Positions 39,601-50,300 of a DNA stretch of 64,000 bases are shown here, one piece after another (within the stretch, counting starts at the first letter, position 1; each line of letters starts with the position of its first letter). The DNA is from an uncultured virus (IMG/VR IMGVR_UViG_3300045004_000209) (lineage: Duplodnaviria; Heunggongvirae; Uroviricota; Caudoviricetes). Location: IMG/VR virus record IMGVR_UViG_3300045004_000209, one strand, 5' to 3'. The translations under genes and the position numbers were made by a program. The notes beneath the pieces are model-generated. The model saw nothing but the letters and a program-made list of their open reading frames with translations. It did not search any database and was not told the DNA's origin.

Positions 39601-42600
39601 CTGATTTCTATGGGACATCTCCGTTCTTCAGGGGCGAGCAAGATAGAATCTTTGTAAATACGGAATTGGCTGATGACACTAACAAACTTTCGGGTTTCAG
39701 GGTCGGTGATTACATAGCGGCCCATCTAGTTGCAATACCTCCAGATTATAGACCAACTACATGTTCTATATCATTTACAACAGACATATTAGGTGTTGAA
39801 ACAGATCGCGGTACTGTTTTGGGCCGTCATGCATCTCTGTCAAGTAGGACTTTAGATAATGCATCTACATTTTATTCTTCAATACTCGTCAAGCATGCAG
39901 CAAGAAGTGCTGTAATTACTATTGCTCAATCAGAATACTGGCAATACGCGCTTGTGTACACAAAGATGCCTAGCACAGGCGCATTCTTGAGAAATTCTTC
40001 TGAAGATGCAGTGGACGATGAATTTAAGAATTTCTTGAGAGGCTTCAGTGTTCGAGATGATGGTTTGTTTAATTTTGATAACAACGTCATGTCAGTAGGA
40101 AAGAGCGCAAGAGAATTTTCAGACTTCATTCCGCTGATTTCTAGTTTGCGACTGAACGACATACACTACAACCCTAGTGGGGTTGTTCAGACTTCAGGAC
40201 TAGGATACCTAGAAAGTGGCGGTTCAAGTTCCTTCAATCTTCAGTGTTCTGATATGGTTGGATCGTATTGGAGAACTCCATCTTTATCGACATTTACAAG
40301 ACCTGCCGCTGATGGTGTCGACGGGGTGGTTTGTCATTACACTGTTGGCGTAATGCTTGAGACAGTCAGATTCTTTGCAAGGAATACGCAAACTTGGGAT
40401 GACTTGTGTAATGAAGTTATGTCTGCTGGCGGGTCTTGTGATAGATATTATGAGGGGTTGGTGAGAACAGCATATACTGGTCGTGCAAAGGTTGTTGCAT
40501 ATTGTGTGTCTAGCGAATCTTCATCTGGGAATGGCGGCGTTCCATATGCGTTTGAAATTCATGAGTCAAGCCACATCATAGATGTTTCCAAACAGTTTAG
40601 GTTGACTGTTGGATCCATGCTAATAAAAGACCACGAACATGCCATACGCACATCTAGAGCACACCTTGATCCCCTCAGGTTTGAAGGGCCAGAGAAAGCT
40701 GAAGATCTTGTCCCGTTAGCACACAGAAACATGATTTTTTGCATGGCGAACGGAGACCCGCAAATCTCTCACGATTGGCGTGTGGATGTTTCTGATGGTC
40801 GCAGACAATTTGACCTGTGTTTCGGGTCTTTCATATCTTCGATATCTTGGTTCCGCCATCACGACGTTGGCTACAGAAATGGTTTGGCAGCAGGCAGATT
40901 TGCTGTGAGAATAAGTTCCATAGACATATCGGATAATAAGTTGTCTATGGCGAATGGTTCTCAATTAAGTGCTTTTGACATGAGCATGCCAAGCGGATTT
41001 GTTCAGCAGACCAATTCTTTTGAACAGGCTCGCAACATAGACTATTTGAGCGCGACTTCAGATCCCGGTGACTGGATCAATATGGCTTTCAATTTTTCTG
41101 CAGTTGATGACTGGTTGGCGTCACCAACAGGTTTTATGTATTCTGGTCTGTCGTTTGCAAGGCAGGGAGGTCAATCGAGAGCAGTAGTTCTTCAGCCGAA
41201 TGCGTCTTCTGACTTCCAATTTTCTCCTTCGATTTATCAATCTGATAGTTACAATTTTCAATGGATGCATCAAGTACGCAGAGGCAAAATTGGTCACGGA
41301 GGAATTGGGTCTATAAGTCAAAGCGCAGTGTTTGCTGACTCTACTGAATATTCTATATTTTTGCGTGCCAAGCGGATAGAGCCATATAGGGGTGACGGTT
41401 CGCTAGTTTGTCCAGTCGATATGGTCAGTCCGTTCTTGTTTTTTGGCGGAGATCAGGGCGCCAAGATAGTCAGGGTAAGCACAAATGATTTTATGGGAAT
41501 AACAGCCAAATTGACTCCCGGTGTCGGCAGTCTTCGTCTTTCTGCTCTCCACCCACTATATCAGAAGCGTGCCGCGAATATTAAAATATCAGAAACAGAC
41601 AATGGCTGTGCTTATGTTAATTCCGAAGGCAAATTGCAAACCGATGGATCTTCGGATGACTTGAAACAATTCTTTAGTGATGCTTTGGATAGTGGCTGTC
41701 TTGCCTTGGTGACCAATGCCGCTCATAGCAGTTATGATGGTTTAAATTATTTGCTGATCATGTTGATGATTTCAGATTCAGGTATATTAAGGGGGTTTGT
41801 TAGGATTGAGGAAGTTTATTCTCCTGACGTCGAATTACAGGACGCAGTGGTTGAGGCTTTTACATCGGATCTTACATCACGAGGATCTTCGTGGAGAGAC
41901 ATTTCCGTGGGTTCTACTTTTGCCGTATGTGTGGATGGCACAGGCAATCTTGTATTCATCGGAGTTGAGCCCCCTGGTGGGCATGATCTTTCTTCGCTGC
42001 CTTCTGGTAGATTTGTCGCGGTGAGTTGCGGCAGCAACTATTGCGTCGCCTTAAGGGAAGACGGACAACTTGTCAGTTGGGGCGCCTCATTGTCGCTGCC
42101 ATCAGGTACATTCTTGTCGCTAGGCTCTGAATTGTATCTGCGGTCAGATCACCATGCAGTAAACGGTGACGGCTTTGATGTACCAGACGCAAAATCTCTT
42201 GCCACATCTTTAGTTGATCCGACTGAAAGCCCCAAAGTTGTTAACGCTGATGGTTATTTAATTCAAGGTGGCGAAGCTGAGCAAGATGTTGCAGGTTCTA
42301 CCCCAATAGTTTGCTTCCAAGGGCCCTTCCGTGTTTATCTTTCAGCACCTAACTTGTCAAGAAGAGTATTGAAATATCAGAAGAACTCCAATATTACTGT
42401 AGAAATTAATGACCTTATTGTGGATACATACAAAGATCCATTCAGAAGCAATATAGCTATAGAACATGTATCTGCCGTTGCATCCGAGTATGCGAATGAC
42501 GAATTCACTCTACAGAGTGTTGATGAAATGTATGTGTTCGCGCTCCCTGCTGTGTGTCAGTTTGGTAGTCCTTTCACTACAGGTGGGCTGTCGGTGTCAA

Positions 42601-44642
42601 GGATTGGGCAAGGAGAAGGCATTCAGCGGAGTCCAGCCATAGTTGTTGATAAATTGGCAAAGTTGCATGTCGCCTATGAAAGTAATGAAACAGGCACATG
42701 GCAGATAAATGTATGTTCGATGAGAGACTGGGATGAGGCTATGAAGGTTTCACAGGCTATATCTAGGCCCAATCATGTTTCGAATGTTCCGTCTATTTCC
42801 GCTGATGGCGATGGGCGCCTGCTTGTTGCATGGCAGGAAAGGAACGGCAATAATTCAAGAATAGCAGCATCAGTAAGCAGTAGTAAAGATCCAGACATAT
42901 CCGACGGCTGCCTGCTAGACAGGGCGGTCGGTTTCATAAGAACTTTTGATGCTGATCCTTATGATCCATATTTGCCCACTAGATTTTTTAGGTGTGGAGT
43001 ATTTGCTACGGTTAGACCAACACAGACATCAACATTCAAGTTTGTTGTCAATTTCTATCTTGAGGACGGCTCACAACTTTTATATCAAGCATCATCAACG
43101 CAAAATCCTAATGGCTGGCTTCTGAATGGAAACACATTAAGTTCTGAGGGTCAGGCACTCGATGCATCTAACGATTATGAAATCCAGTTTGATTCAATAC
43201 CGCAAGATATAAAAAATCAGGGCGTAATTAGATGGGAGCTTGAGTTGCAGCCCATGGTTTCTGCAACTCAACAGGAGTCTGTTGGCATCATAAGTCAAAA
43301 ATCAGGACCAAATGTGGAGCAACTAGATTCGTCAAATGAAAGCACATGGCAATCTATAATAGGAGTTCTCACAGGAACGAATCCAACAGTGACAACTGCA
43401 AGTATCAGGCTTGTTGTTGTGCAGGAAAGTGCCGGTTCTGCTCCTGTGTCTTTCCCAAGCAGGCAACCTTCAGACTATGTAAGTCTCATCAACGGGGAGA
43501 TAACCTCTAACCTCTCCCTGCCATCTGGTGTTACTTCTATCGCAGGGTTTGCATTTGGTTCTCAATATAGATCTTTTATAATACATGCACCTACACAGGT
43601 CATACATTCTGGAAACACGATAGATGTGGAAGAATTTGTTCAGTCGACAATAACATTTTCTGCGCCAATAGTTGCAATAGTCGCCACTCCTTCGGATTTG
43701 GCTGTTACTGATGGGATTCTTGGCCTGCCTGGTACGCAATGGGAGTCTGCTGGATCAAGGGCCATAAGATTTGCTGATGGCGAATACATTACTCTCAGCG
43801 CAAATCTTCGCACCATAGATTTCAGAGTAAAAAAGAAATCTGAATCTATGTACACCCAAATAAGAGTTGTAACTGCTGCAGGTCAAGCTCAGTCTATAAA
43901 AAAGAAAGGTTACATATTCTGTCCTTTTGTCAAGCAGCAAAGATGTTCTGTTCCAGCCTCTTACACAAATAGGGGTTCTGAAAATAAATTGGTTCATTTC
44001 ACGGCAAAAATATTCACTGATGCTGAAAAGAAAAATCCAATTGCTGTGTTTGATTCGTTAAATTATCCCACCTATTGGGACGCGGGCAGGGGATCGTTCC
44101 CCTCTGGTGGCGTTGTGTGCTATCCAGGCAACACCATATCAGCTAGTTTCATACCTAGATTTTCCCCACCTTCGAGTGTTCAATCTGCTTTTGCTGACAT
44201 GTCTTCAATTTCTTCAGAAATAATAGAACCAAGTTTAAGAGTTTCTGAATTGCAGAGACTTTCTATATTGCCTCACACTAGGTACTATGTGTCTGTTGAA
44301 GCCAAAATCTCAAATTCTATTGAACAACTTGATTCAGGTGATACCGAGATAATGTGCGATCCATCTTCTTATTTTTTAAGATCTATCAGTTGGTCAGGGG
44401 TTGACGGAAGAATATCATACCTGTCTTCCCTGCAATCTGATGCAAAAAACCCGAGTGTAGCGGGTTCTGATTTAGGCTTGTTCTATATATCTTGGCAGGA
44501 TGGGAGGGCAGGAAGTTCATATAGTGTAGATAACCCTTCGGGTTTCCGTTCGGAGTGCAGATTTTCGACCTACGATTCGTCTTCTGGAAGGTGGTCTTCT
44601 GTTGACGGCGAAGGTGGTTCTAGGCCTTTGTATGATTCTTGA
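36660..44642 (+). CDS. Giant modular virion protein, 2660 aa (RCC1-like repeats, propeller blades, repeated beta domains)
   Basis: WRDISVGSTFAVCVDGTGNL and FVAVSCGSNYCVALREDGQLVSWG (RCC1-like). MHIAWE, LHVAYES, LLVAWQE, FYISWQD propeller blades. Confidence 0.75.
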   Translation: MEQPKLYITDVKSYQGGREVHFNLDLDGAVGCKFSIEDASRGGSLPVSTDGGKTWLHKSTAESASIVGVVKVRPTSDDFAIFCHVEDGFGSEAICATLVNRPKTGKSKNFYVRASPEFVAHGDKCNIVVDGPASSVFRIGIGEKKYAGRTNKKGRSVFKFTANQIFSQDQMSAYSLVRVPINISDNEENWFYGGSDVHFVPSVLRTLAATNDPARPGCVVLDPTSSPDQGLRFVSQEAPCSDLAIVGRLYDPYGSETEQELTHLDSQYISVGEGFSSKFASISGGCNLIDHVSVAAKFFDPKSQSYSSLFPAHDSDDRGLNIFNHGAWVSYCKPYIEESSQASDCDVSVRQSMPVTQVFVASSSSAAKVMPAAIGRGLIIKPPAFTHSVRPNQNPSGVAAIVIRLRESQEISLSAIWSPSALQSLADQINEDIVLKSSGIYAEIINDRIDVYSESRFSLLAGQVLSSLGGNAITVQQFSGASATFRCTTIKDLSEHGVSDMGTLAFLSGPFRGTVFSYVKSSSDSVRLQACPGINRPGGIVISDDIPCVHVAFLSGLESEAASVSEISLNVREDNLGQPASCVYPAISSSCRVLCQSQVDSFNQLFMYSELPIDKERASNGSWLQLTYNGDNRRPRVFDDRYGNMHIAWERDVGDGTFVAYAVIGPDSPIFSSKALVADFCRSSSEDTSPIVAPEKRVSSVLSLESSSGILELPFNSSNFLRNVIPSSSAYIKREFLGACPFNIMFDGDNPSSFISNVLDTDGNIAQFQQVSNGDLVETVILHIDPSANTSNQQYSGRISFNGVILSIAGQKSEMSFTDKIFSPTGITFPSRAGSASFSNGEFTLSSDKKSFDFSLMLHPVDDIFQVRLIVAASSTPISIRTGWIKVADAGASVAMPRSDSVCLDYSPLQSKCCAIIPYYTDDSGRQFDGTHKSIGYMVDADIDIQPSFSFDAHILPGSAIIINPVISDVFSASDGVQIRTDFYGTSPFFRGEQDRIFVNTELADDTNKLSGFRVGDYIAAHLVAIPPDYRPTTCSISFTTDILGVETDRGTVLGRHASLSSRTLDNASTFYSSILVKHAARSAVITIAQSEYWQYALVYTKMPSTGAFLRNSSEDAVDDEFKNFLRGFSVRDDGLFNFDNNVMSVGKSAREFSDFIPLISSLRLNDIHYNPSGVVQTSGLGYLESGGSSSFNLQCSDMVGSYWRTPSLSTFTRPAADGVDGVVCHYTVGVMLETVRFFARNTQTWDDLCNEVMSAGGSCDRYYEGLVRTAYTGRAKVVAYCVSSESSSGNGGVPYAFEIHESSHIIDVSKQFRLTVGSMLIKDHEHAIRTSRAHLDPLRFEGPEKAEDLVPLAHRNMIFCMANGDPQISHDWRVDVSDGRRQFDLCFGSFISSISWFRHHDVGYRNGLAAGRFAVRISSIDISDNKLSMANGSQLSAFDMSMPSGFVQQTNSFEQARNIDYLSATSDPGDWINMAFNFSAVDDWLASPTGFMYSGLSFARQGGQSRAVVLQPNASSDFQFSPSIYQSDSYNFQWMHQVRRGKIGHGGIGSISQSAVFADSTEYSIFLRAKRIEPYRGDGSLVCPVDMVSPFLFFGGDQGAKIVRVSTNDFMGITAKLTPGVGSLRLSALHPLYQKRAANIKISETDNGCAYVNSEGKLQTDGSSDDLKQFFSDALDSGCLALVTNAAHSSYDGLNYLLIMLMISDSGILRGFVRIEEVYSPDVELQDAVVEAFTSDLTSRGSSWRDISVGSTFAVCVDGTGNLVFIGVEPPGGHDLSSLPSGRFVAVSCGSNYCVALREDGQLVSWGASLSLPSGTFLSLGSELYLRSDHHAVNGDGFDVPDAKSLATSLVDPTESPKVVNADGYLIQGGEAEQDVAGSTPIVCFQGPFRVYLSAPNLSRRVLKYQKNSNITVEINDLIVDTYKDPFRSNIAIEHVSAVASEYANDEFTLQSVDEMYVFALPAVCQFGSPFTTGGLSVSRIGQGEGIQRSPAIVVDKLAKLHVAYESNETGTWQINVCSMRDWDEAMKVSQAISRPNHVSNVPSISADGDGRLLVAWQERNGNNSRIAASVSSSKDPDISDGCLLDRAVGFIRTFDADPYDPYLPTRFFRCGVFATVRPTQTSTFKFVVNFYLEDGSQLLYQASSTQNPNGWLLNGNTLSSEGQALDASNDYEIQFDSIPQDIKNQGVIRWELELQPMVSATQQESVGIISQKSGPNVEQLDSSNESTWQSIIGVLTGTNPTVTTASIRLVVVQESAGSAPVSFPSRQPSDYVSLINGEITSNLSLPSGVTSIAGFAFGSQYRSFIIHAPTQVIHSGNTIDVEEFVQSTITFSAPIVAIVATPSDLAVTDGILGLPGTQWESAGSRAIRFADGEYITLSANLRTIDFRVKKKSESMYTQIRVVTAAGQAQSIKKKGYIFCPFVKQQRCSVPASYTNRGSENKLVHFTAKIFTDAEKKNPIAVFDSLNYPTYWDAGRGSFPSGGVVCYPGNTISASFIPRFSPPSSVQSAFADMSSISSEIIEPSLRVSELQRLSILPHTRYYVSVEAKISNSIEQLDSGDTEIMCDPSSYFLRSISWSGVDGRISYLSSLQSDAKNPSVAGSDLGLFYISWQDGRAGSSYSVDNPSGFRSECRFSTYDSSSGRWSSVDGEGGSRPLYDS

Positions 44643-45874
44643 CAGCCATGCCAACGCCAATTAGACCAGAATCTTTTTCTCTTGGATCAGTCTCCGACTG
44701 GACTGGGGGATTGACATCGTTCGTTATGAATGGCTCTGGTCTTGATTGTGTTATTGCCTCTTCTGCATGTAAGATAGTTCCAGTGGCGCCTAAATCTAAG
44801 TCTTCCTTTAGTCAGTGTATGATGACGGATGTTCTTAACTCTTCGTTGATTCCAAGTTCTGATTCTGAATTTCTAAAGATGCGTGTTTCTAAGGATTATG
44901 TCTCAAGACTTATAGACACGAGTGGTGAAGGCGGTTTCGTGGCAGAGGTTGAAGATTGCATGGTAATGCTCAGCATCATAGGAACTCCTGGCACATATGC
45001 AGTAAGGCTTAAAAATGAGAATGATGTCGCGTTCTCTGACTGGATAGCGGTTGGTCAAAAATCCGCCATAACAAACAACAATCTTGCTTCTGCATTCAGG
45101 CCTATTTTTTTCGCTAAGGATGAATTTTTGGTTCCTTGGGTGCTCAGTCCATCATCTGGTCAAAAGCAGGTTTTTGCAGAAGTTTTGACTTTTTTTGGGC
45201 GAAGTGAAACCATGAGTCTCGATGTTTTGGCCAATTATCGACCACCTTCATACTCAGCAAGCATTAAAGTAAAGATCGCTAGTGGCGAAGATAATGATGA
45301 AACATTAGAAATAGATCCGCCTAGGTTTAATGGGTACCCCGTTATATCTTCACAAGTTATTGTGATGCCGTCGGGTAGGGCGGCTACTCCAGACGACATA
45401 GATGCTCTTGAGGTTGGTGAGGAAAAAGAAATAGAAAAGTTGGTGGTTAGATTCAAGTTTTTTCAGCCTGAGCGCGTCAAGAGACTTATACAACTTGGCT
45501 CTATAGGAGCCTTGGGTTCAGATAATGACAAGATTATGGCTCATATGGTAACCCGAGGTGTCAAAAAGTTCTCTTCGATTATGTCTGCTGAAGATGCCGA
45601 TGCTGGAGTTTACAAAGCAGAATTCGAACCACTGATATCGGATGGAGTTCTTACTTCTGATGGTATTGCTGCTTTCTATCCGAGTGTACCAAATGAGTGC
45701 ATAGATATGTCTATAACTAGATTTGATCTTGTTGCTGAGGGAATAGATTTTGCAGGTCTTGGAAACAATATAAAGACAGAAGATGATAGCCCCCTGCCTT
45801 CCTACAGAGGATTTTCAGATCCCAAGGATAGGAAGAATGCGTTCGGAGATGCCTCCTACTGGAGGAACTCGTGA
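44639..45874 (+). CDS. Hypothetical structural protein, about 410 aa
   Basis: TTG 44639 or ATG 44648. Ig-like segment FSDWI...VPWVLSPSSGQKQVFAEV. Confidence 0.7.
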   Translation: MTAMPTPIRPESFSLGSVSDWTGGLTSFVMNGSGLDCVIASSACKIVPVAPKSKSSFSQCMMTDVLNSSLIPSSDSEFLKMRVSKDYVSRLIDTSGEGGFVAEVEDCMVMLSIIGTPGTYAVRLKNENDVAFSDWIAVGQKSAITNNNLASAFRPIFFAKDEFLVPWVLSPSSGQKQVFAEVLTFFGRSETMSLDVLANYRPPSYSASIKVKIASGEDNDETLEIDPPRFNGYPVISSQVIVMPSGRAATPDDIDALEVGEEKEIEKLVVRFKFFQPERVKRLIQLGSIGALGSDNDKIMAHMVTRGVKKFSSIMSAEDADAGVYKAEFEPLISDGVLTSDGIAAFYPSVPNECIDMSITRFDLVAEGIDFAGLGNNIKTEDDSPLPSYRGFSDPKDRKNAFGDASYWRNS

Positions 45875-47331
45875 CAGTGCCTCGTCCTTCCATTTTGACG
45901 CCTGTTGGCGGCAGTGTTATTAATTGCACCAATGTTGATATATCTTGGCTTTCACCTTCTTTAACGGCTTCTCAAATTGCCTCTTATACATTTGAAATAT
46001 TAACAACATTAAATCTTGATGCCAAAGATGCACAAAATTCAAAATGGATAGTTATTGCGTCAGTTCCTGCACAATCAACTTCATTTTCATGGTTGCCGCC
46101 AAGTTATTTGAATTCTAATTCAGTGCATATAGGGGTGCGATTGGTTTCTTCAAATGGATTTAGATCTGAAATATCTTTTAACCGTTCAGCAGTTTCAATT
46201 TACGGATTCGAACTTGATCAAATTGAGGTTTTGGAACCGATAGCAGGTCAAGAATTGAACGGATCATTTTTTATTAAACTCAATCTTGGTAGAATGAAAT
46301 CTACACATAAATATGTGAGATTGTTTGTGAATTTTTCAAGTCAGAGTCTAGGCATCTATCAATTCCCAATACTAGATTCCGTAAGGCTTCTAGACAGATA
46401 TTCTATAGACCTAAGCAGGATTGGTAATTGCGATGATGGCATGATATCCCTATATACAAGAGACTCTGCAAATAGAATATCTTCTGCAGTTAATATAGAA
46501 AAATTAAAAATCAGAAACACTGGAACTTTCGTATTGGACACAATAGGCCCAGATTTGAGTATTGAACTTGCTCAAGGTGCTCTGTATGTCAACTCTAAAG
46601 ATATTATTGCCAAACTTTATGCATTTGATGAAACCACTTCAGTTTCTTCATGTAAGTTCAATATTTTCAGATATGATAATGGTCAAATTGTTTTGGATTA
46701 TGAGGGAGAACCAAGACAGCCTTTCTTGGACAATGTAATCACACTGCCAGAAGGCGACGGAGTCAAGAATGTCGCAGTGACAGCCATAGACGTCGGGTGT
46801 AATAAGCCGAGAGAAATCATGAGTACCATAAAAACCGTACAGGTCTTGAGTGATAGTTCTAATTTTTTTGAACTTTCTACGCAATCGTCTATAGTTTCTG
46901 TAGAGCCATACAATACAGGATTCAGGCTTTACAAAATTACAGATTCAAGGGTATTTTTGGGATTTGTTCCATCTAAACCGATTGCAATTTCAGAATTTGA
47001 AGGTTTGTATTATTTTTCTTTGGAAGATATCCAACAAAAGATGCATGTTGCAGCGGTATCACCAGTTGGAGTGACAGATGTCTTCGTCGGTACCACCACC
47101 AATCAGGTTGCGGTTAAATTGGCTGCTAATTCTGGTGGTGTTTTTGTCTTTGATCAGACAGGTAATGCTTTCAGAATATCGACAGGAGTTCTGACATCAA
47201 TTGGATTCATGGGTGGTCCTGTTTCTTCTGTAAGATTTTTGAAATCTGGCAATTTGGCGGTTTCTGTGGGCAATTTCAACAAGATTGTGATTGTAAATAA
47301 TACATCAATTGTACAGGTTGTGACATTATGA
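45871..47331 (+). CDS. Structural protein with Ig/FN3-like domains and C-terminal propeller-like blades
   Basis: ILTPVGG...VDISW...SFSWLPP; LDTIGP...LPEGDGVKNVAVTAIDVGCN. Confidence 0.7.
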   Translation: MTVPRPSILTPVGGSVINCTNVDISWLSPSLTASQIASYTFEILTTLNLDAKDAQNSKWIVIASVPAQSTSFSWLPPSYLNSNSVHIGVRLVSSNGFRSEISFNRSAVSIYGFELDQIEVLEPIAGQELNGSFFIKLNLGRMKSTHKYVRLFVNFSSQSLGIYQFPILDSVRLLDRYSIDLSRIGNCDDGMISLYTRDSANRISSAVNIEKLKIRNTGTFVLDTIGPDLSIELAQGALYVNSKDIIAKLYAFDETTSVSSCKFNIFRYDNGQIVLDYEGEPRQPFLDNVITLPEGDGVKNVAVTAIDVGCNKPREIMSTIKTVQVLSDSSNFFELSTQSSIVSVEPYNTGFRLYKITDSRVFLGFVPSKPIAISEFEGLYYFSLEDIQQKMHVAAVSPVGVTDVFVGTTTNQVAVKLAANSGGVFVFDQTGNAFRISTGVLTSIGFMGGPVSSVRFLKSGNLAVSVGNFNKIVIVNNTSIVQVVTL

Positions 47332-50300
47332 CATCGTTCGTCAGCATCCGTGAAGATGACTCATATGCTGTCTTGCCTGTCAAGTACATGCCTGATGGAA
47401 GATCTATTGCTCATATGCCCATGTGCGACTGGGGCATAAAAGAGTGTGAAGATAATATTGGCAGTTGGTACTTAGGTTCCACTGGAAGTCTTTATTCGCA
47501 TGTTTATGGAATGATGGAGGGTGCGAATTTAGCAGGCTACGGAAGATTTTTTATGGTTGCGCCTATGGGAACTTATGACGGCAACCCCGCTGCCAACTTA
47601 ATAGCTGGATGGGATTCATCAGTGCTCCATTTAGGATCAGCATATCAGCCACCCATGGATGGTGGATCGGGTGCACTTATAGCGGCTCTTCGCGATGGCA
47701 AGTCTGCATTCGGCTTGCAGGTCATTGTGGGTTTGCGATGGTCGCTGCCTGTCACGCTTTCATCTTCTAGCAACTCGTCTTCTAGTAGTAGTTCTTCAAG
47801 TTCATCTTCAAGCAGCAGTTCCCAGACCAACAGGGTTTTGCAACTGAATACATGGGAGGGTTCTGAGTTTCCAAATCTTTTTGATTCTCTAACTAGGGAA
47901 TGGCTTAGGCAAAATCTGCAGCCGTTTGTTGGGGTGGTTGATTGTGTGGCTATTTATGGCGCATTTTCTCCCACTAGGTCTCTTACATATGGTCAGTGTG
48001 TTGAATTATCTAACCATCTGATGATAAATTTTGGCATGAGAGTCATTTGGTTGGATCCAGAATTGGACATTGACAGCGGGGTAAATCTGCCTCAGTGGTT
48101 TTTGAACTCCGCGCCAATAATAATGAGATACAAAGAATCTTCTCCGATGCAATCTATAATTAGGTCAGATTCATCTCTAGCAGTTGGAAGAGAGATTCAT
48201 CTAGCCTCAGACAGTTACGACTCTGGATGGTCTAAGCAGCACATTGTAAACGATGGAGTTCATACAGAAATGTCTCCTGGGGAGACGGTGAATGTAGGAA
48301 AGCCTTTGGAATTTTATCATAATGTCTCTATAATATCAAAACTTGCTTGTGATTCTAGAACATTATCTGGAACCATGTCTTCAAACAATCACTATCTTGC
48401 ATCCTCTGCGAGTGGATGCCCAAAAATTAGACCATGTGTTGCAGTATCATGTCTAGAAAACCCAAATATTAATGCTGATGTCGCTAGGTCGCGCATACCA
48501 GCTTGGTGGTTTTCAGGAAATCCACAAAAATGTGTTGACTCTGCAGCGAAGTCGCTAGTGGCTTCTGGCTGGGTTACGGGTCTTTCGCAGGCAGACTTGA
48601 AGATTGTAAGTCCATACGGTACAGTTGGGGCAGAGAAAGCTGCTGACATCGCGTTCGATTTGTTGCTCACGCTGTCCCCTCTTGCGGCAGGCTCTGCCGA
48701 ATCGTTGTTCGAAAACGGGATACATTTGTCTTTTGAGTATTTTGGCTCTCCACTTCCAGCAGATTATTGTGAGACAGTAGATGAAGGACTGCTTGACATA
48801 TACCCCTTCTTGTTTATGCATCCTGCAGATGCCATATATCAATTCGCAGATCCGTTGTCTTCTGCGTCTGTGCTCTCCAAGTTTCCGCTTATGACTCCGT
48901 TCATGGCAAACGGAATTAAGCAATCTTCTTTATGGATAAGGAAATTTTTGAATAGATTTTCAGCAAGGTCAAACAGAAGATCTATTGCTGCAGGTAATTC
49001 TCCATTTGTGCCGTGGGTAAACCTTATATCTTTTGATAACATATCTCATCCATCTTCTGTGCATGCTGCTTGTGCTGCCGAATTGGGGTCGGAAACTTCA
49101 TGTGCTCCTAACTCTCCATTTGCGGGCGTCTGGCAAGGTATTTCATCTTCAGGAAGATTTTCAACAGAGAAAATTCCTGGTCTTTCATTTGGAACAATGA
49201 AAGAAGAATTTTCTTCATCCGATGTGGTGGTCGATCAAATTTCAAGAAGTGGATCTGTAGTTGGATTGTACTCGGCTTCTGATATTAGATATGACAAAGA
49301 TGCAAAAATGTATCCTCAAAATAGGGCATTCAGCTTGTGGTATGACCTAACGATGAGAAATGTTGCGCTAGCATCATTGCGGCATGCTGTGCTTGATAAC
49401 ATCAAGAATGTTTATCCAAAGTGTAAATTTGCCATACCTGGTATATCTTGCAGCTATACAGATTTTATACCAAACCTTGCTTCAGAGTTTGTTGCGGACA
49501 GGCAGGGAGTGAATAGTATTGCTGATTCTAGATTGATAAATTCTCCTATTTTTTCATACATAAATACTTCTCAATTTGGTTCTGAGTTGATACAAAGCCC
49601 ATTCGTCCCATCTGTGGGGTGCTACAACTCATACGAGGTCTTTGGCAATAGGCAAATTAAAGATGGCAGCAATAGAACTGATTGGGTAATCGGCGGCTCC
49701 AACAGAGAAGTGTTAGTGGGAGTCGTTTCAGCCAGCATCAAATATCGTGATTTTGATACTTTACGAACGAATATGCAAAATTTACACGCTTCATATGTAA
49801 GAAGATGGATTTCAGGATCAGGACTTCCAAATACTAAGATTTGTTATATGCCACTCGTCGGATTGCGCCCCAAGGGTGGTTTTGGAGATATGCGTTCTGG
49901 CTTCAATTCTTCAAATCGGGCCTTGCCAGATGGTTTTGAATCTACAAAATATCACATATCTGCTAGTAAGTTTAGTCAAATAATTGACATGCATAAGGGT
50001 CAAGTATTTTATGATATCGATCAGGTGCGAAGTAGGGCAGAGTGGGAAGAGCTTGTCAAGTCTCTCGTGACACGACCACTTGCTGAAGAATCCTCTGAAG
50101 AGCCGACTTCAGGAGAGTCCTTAAAAATATCTTACACATCTAGCAGTAAAAACAATCAGGCCAAATCAGTAAAAATGTCTTTCACTAATGGTAGTGTCTT
50201 GATAAAGAATATAGATGCTAATGGTGGCGAAATATCTAGAATGAGGATAGTCGCAGATAACTTGACAGAATTTTCCAAAAAATTAGCAACTTTGGGCATC

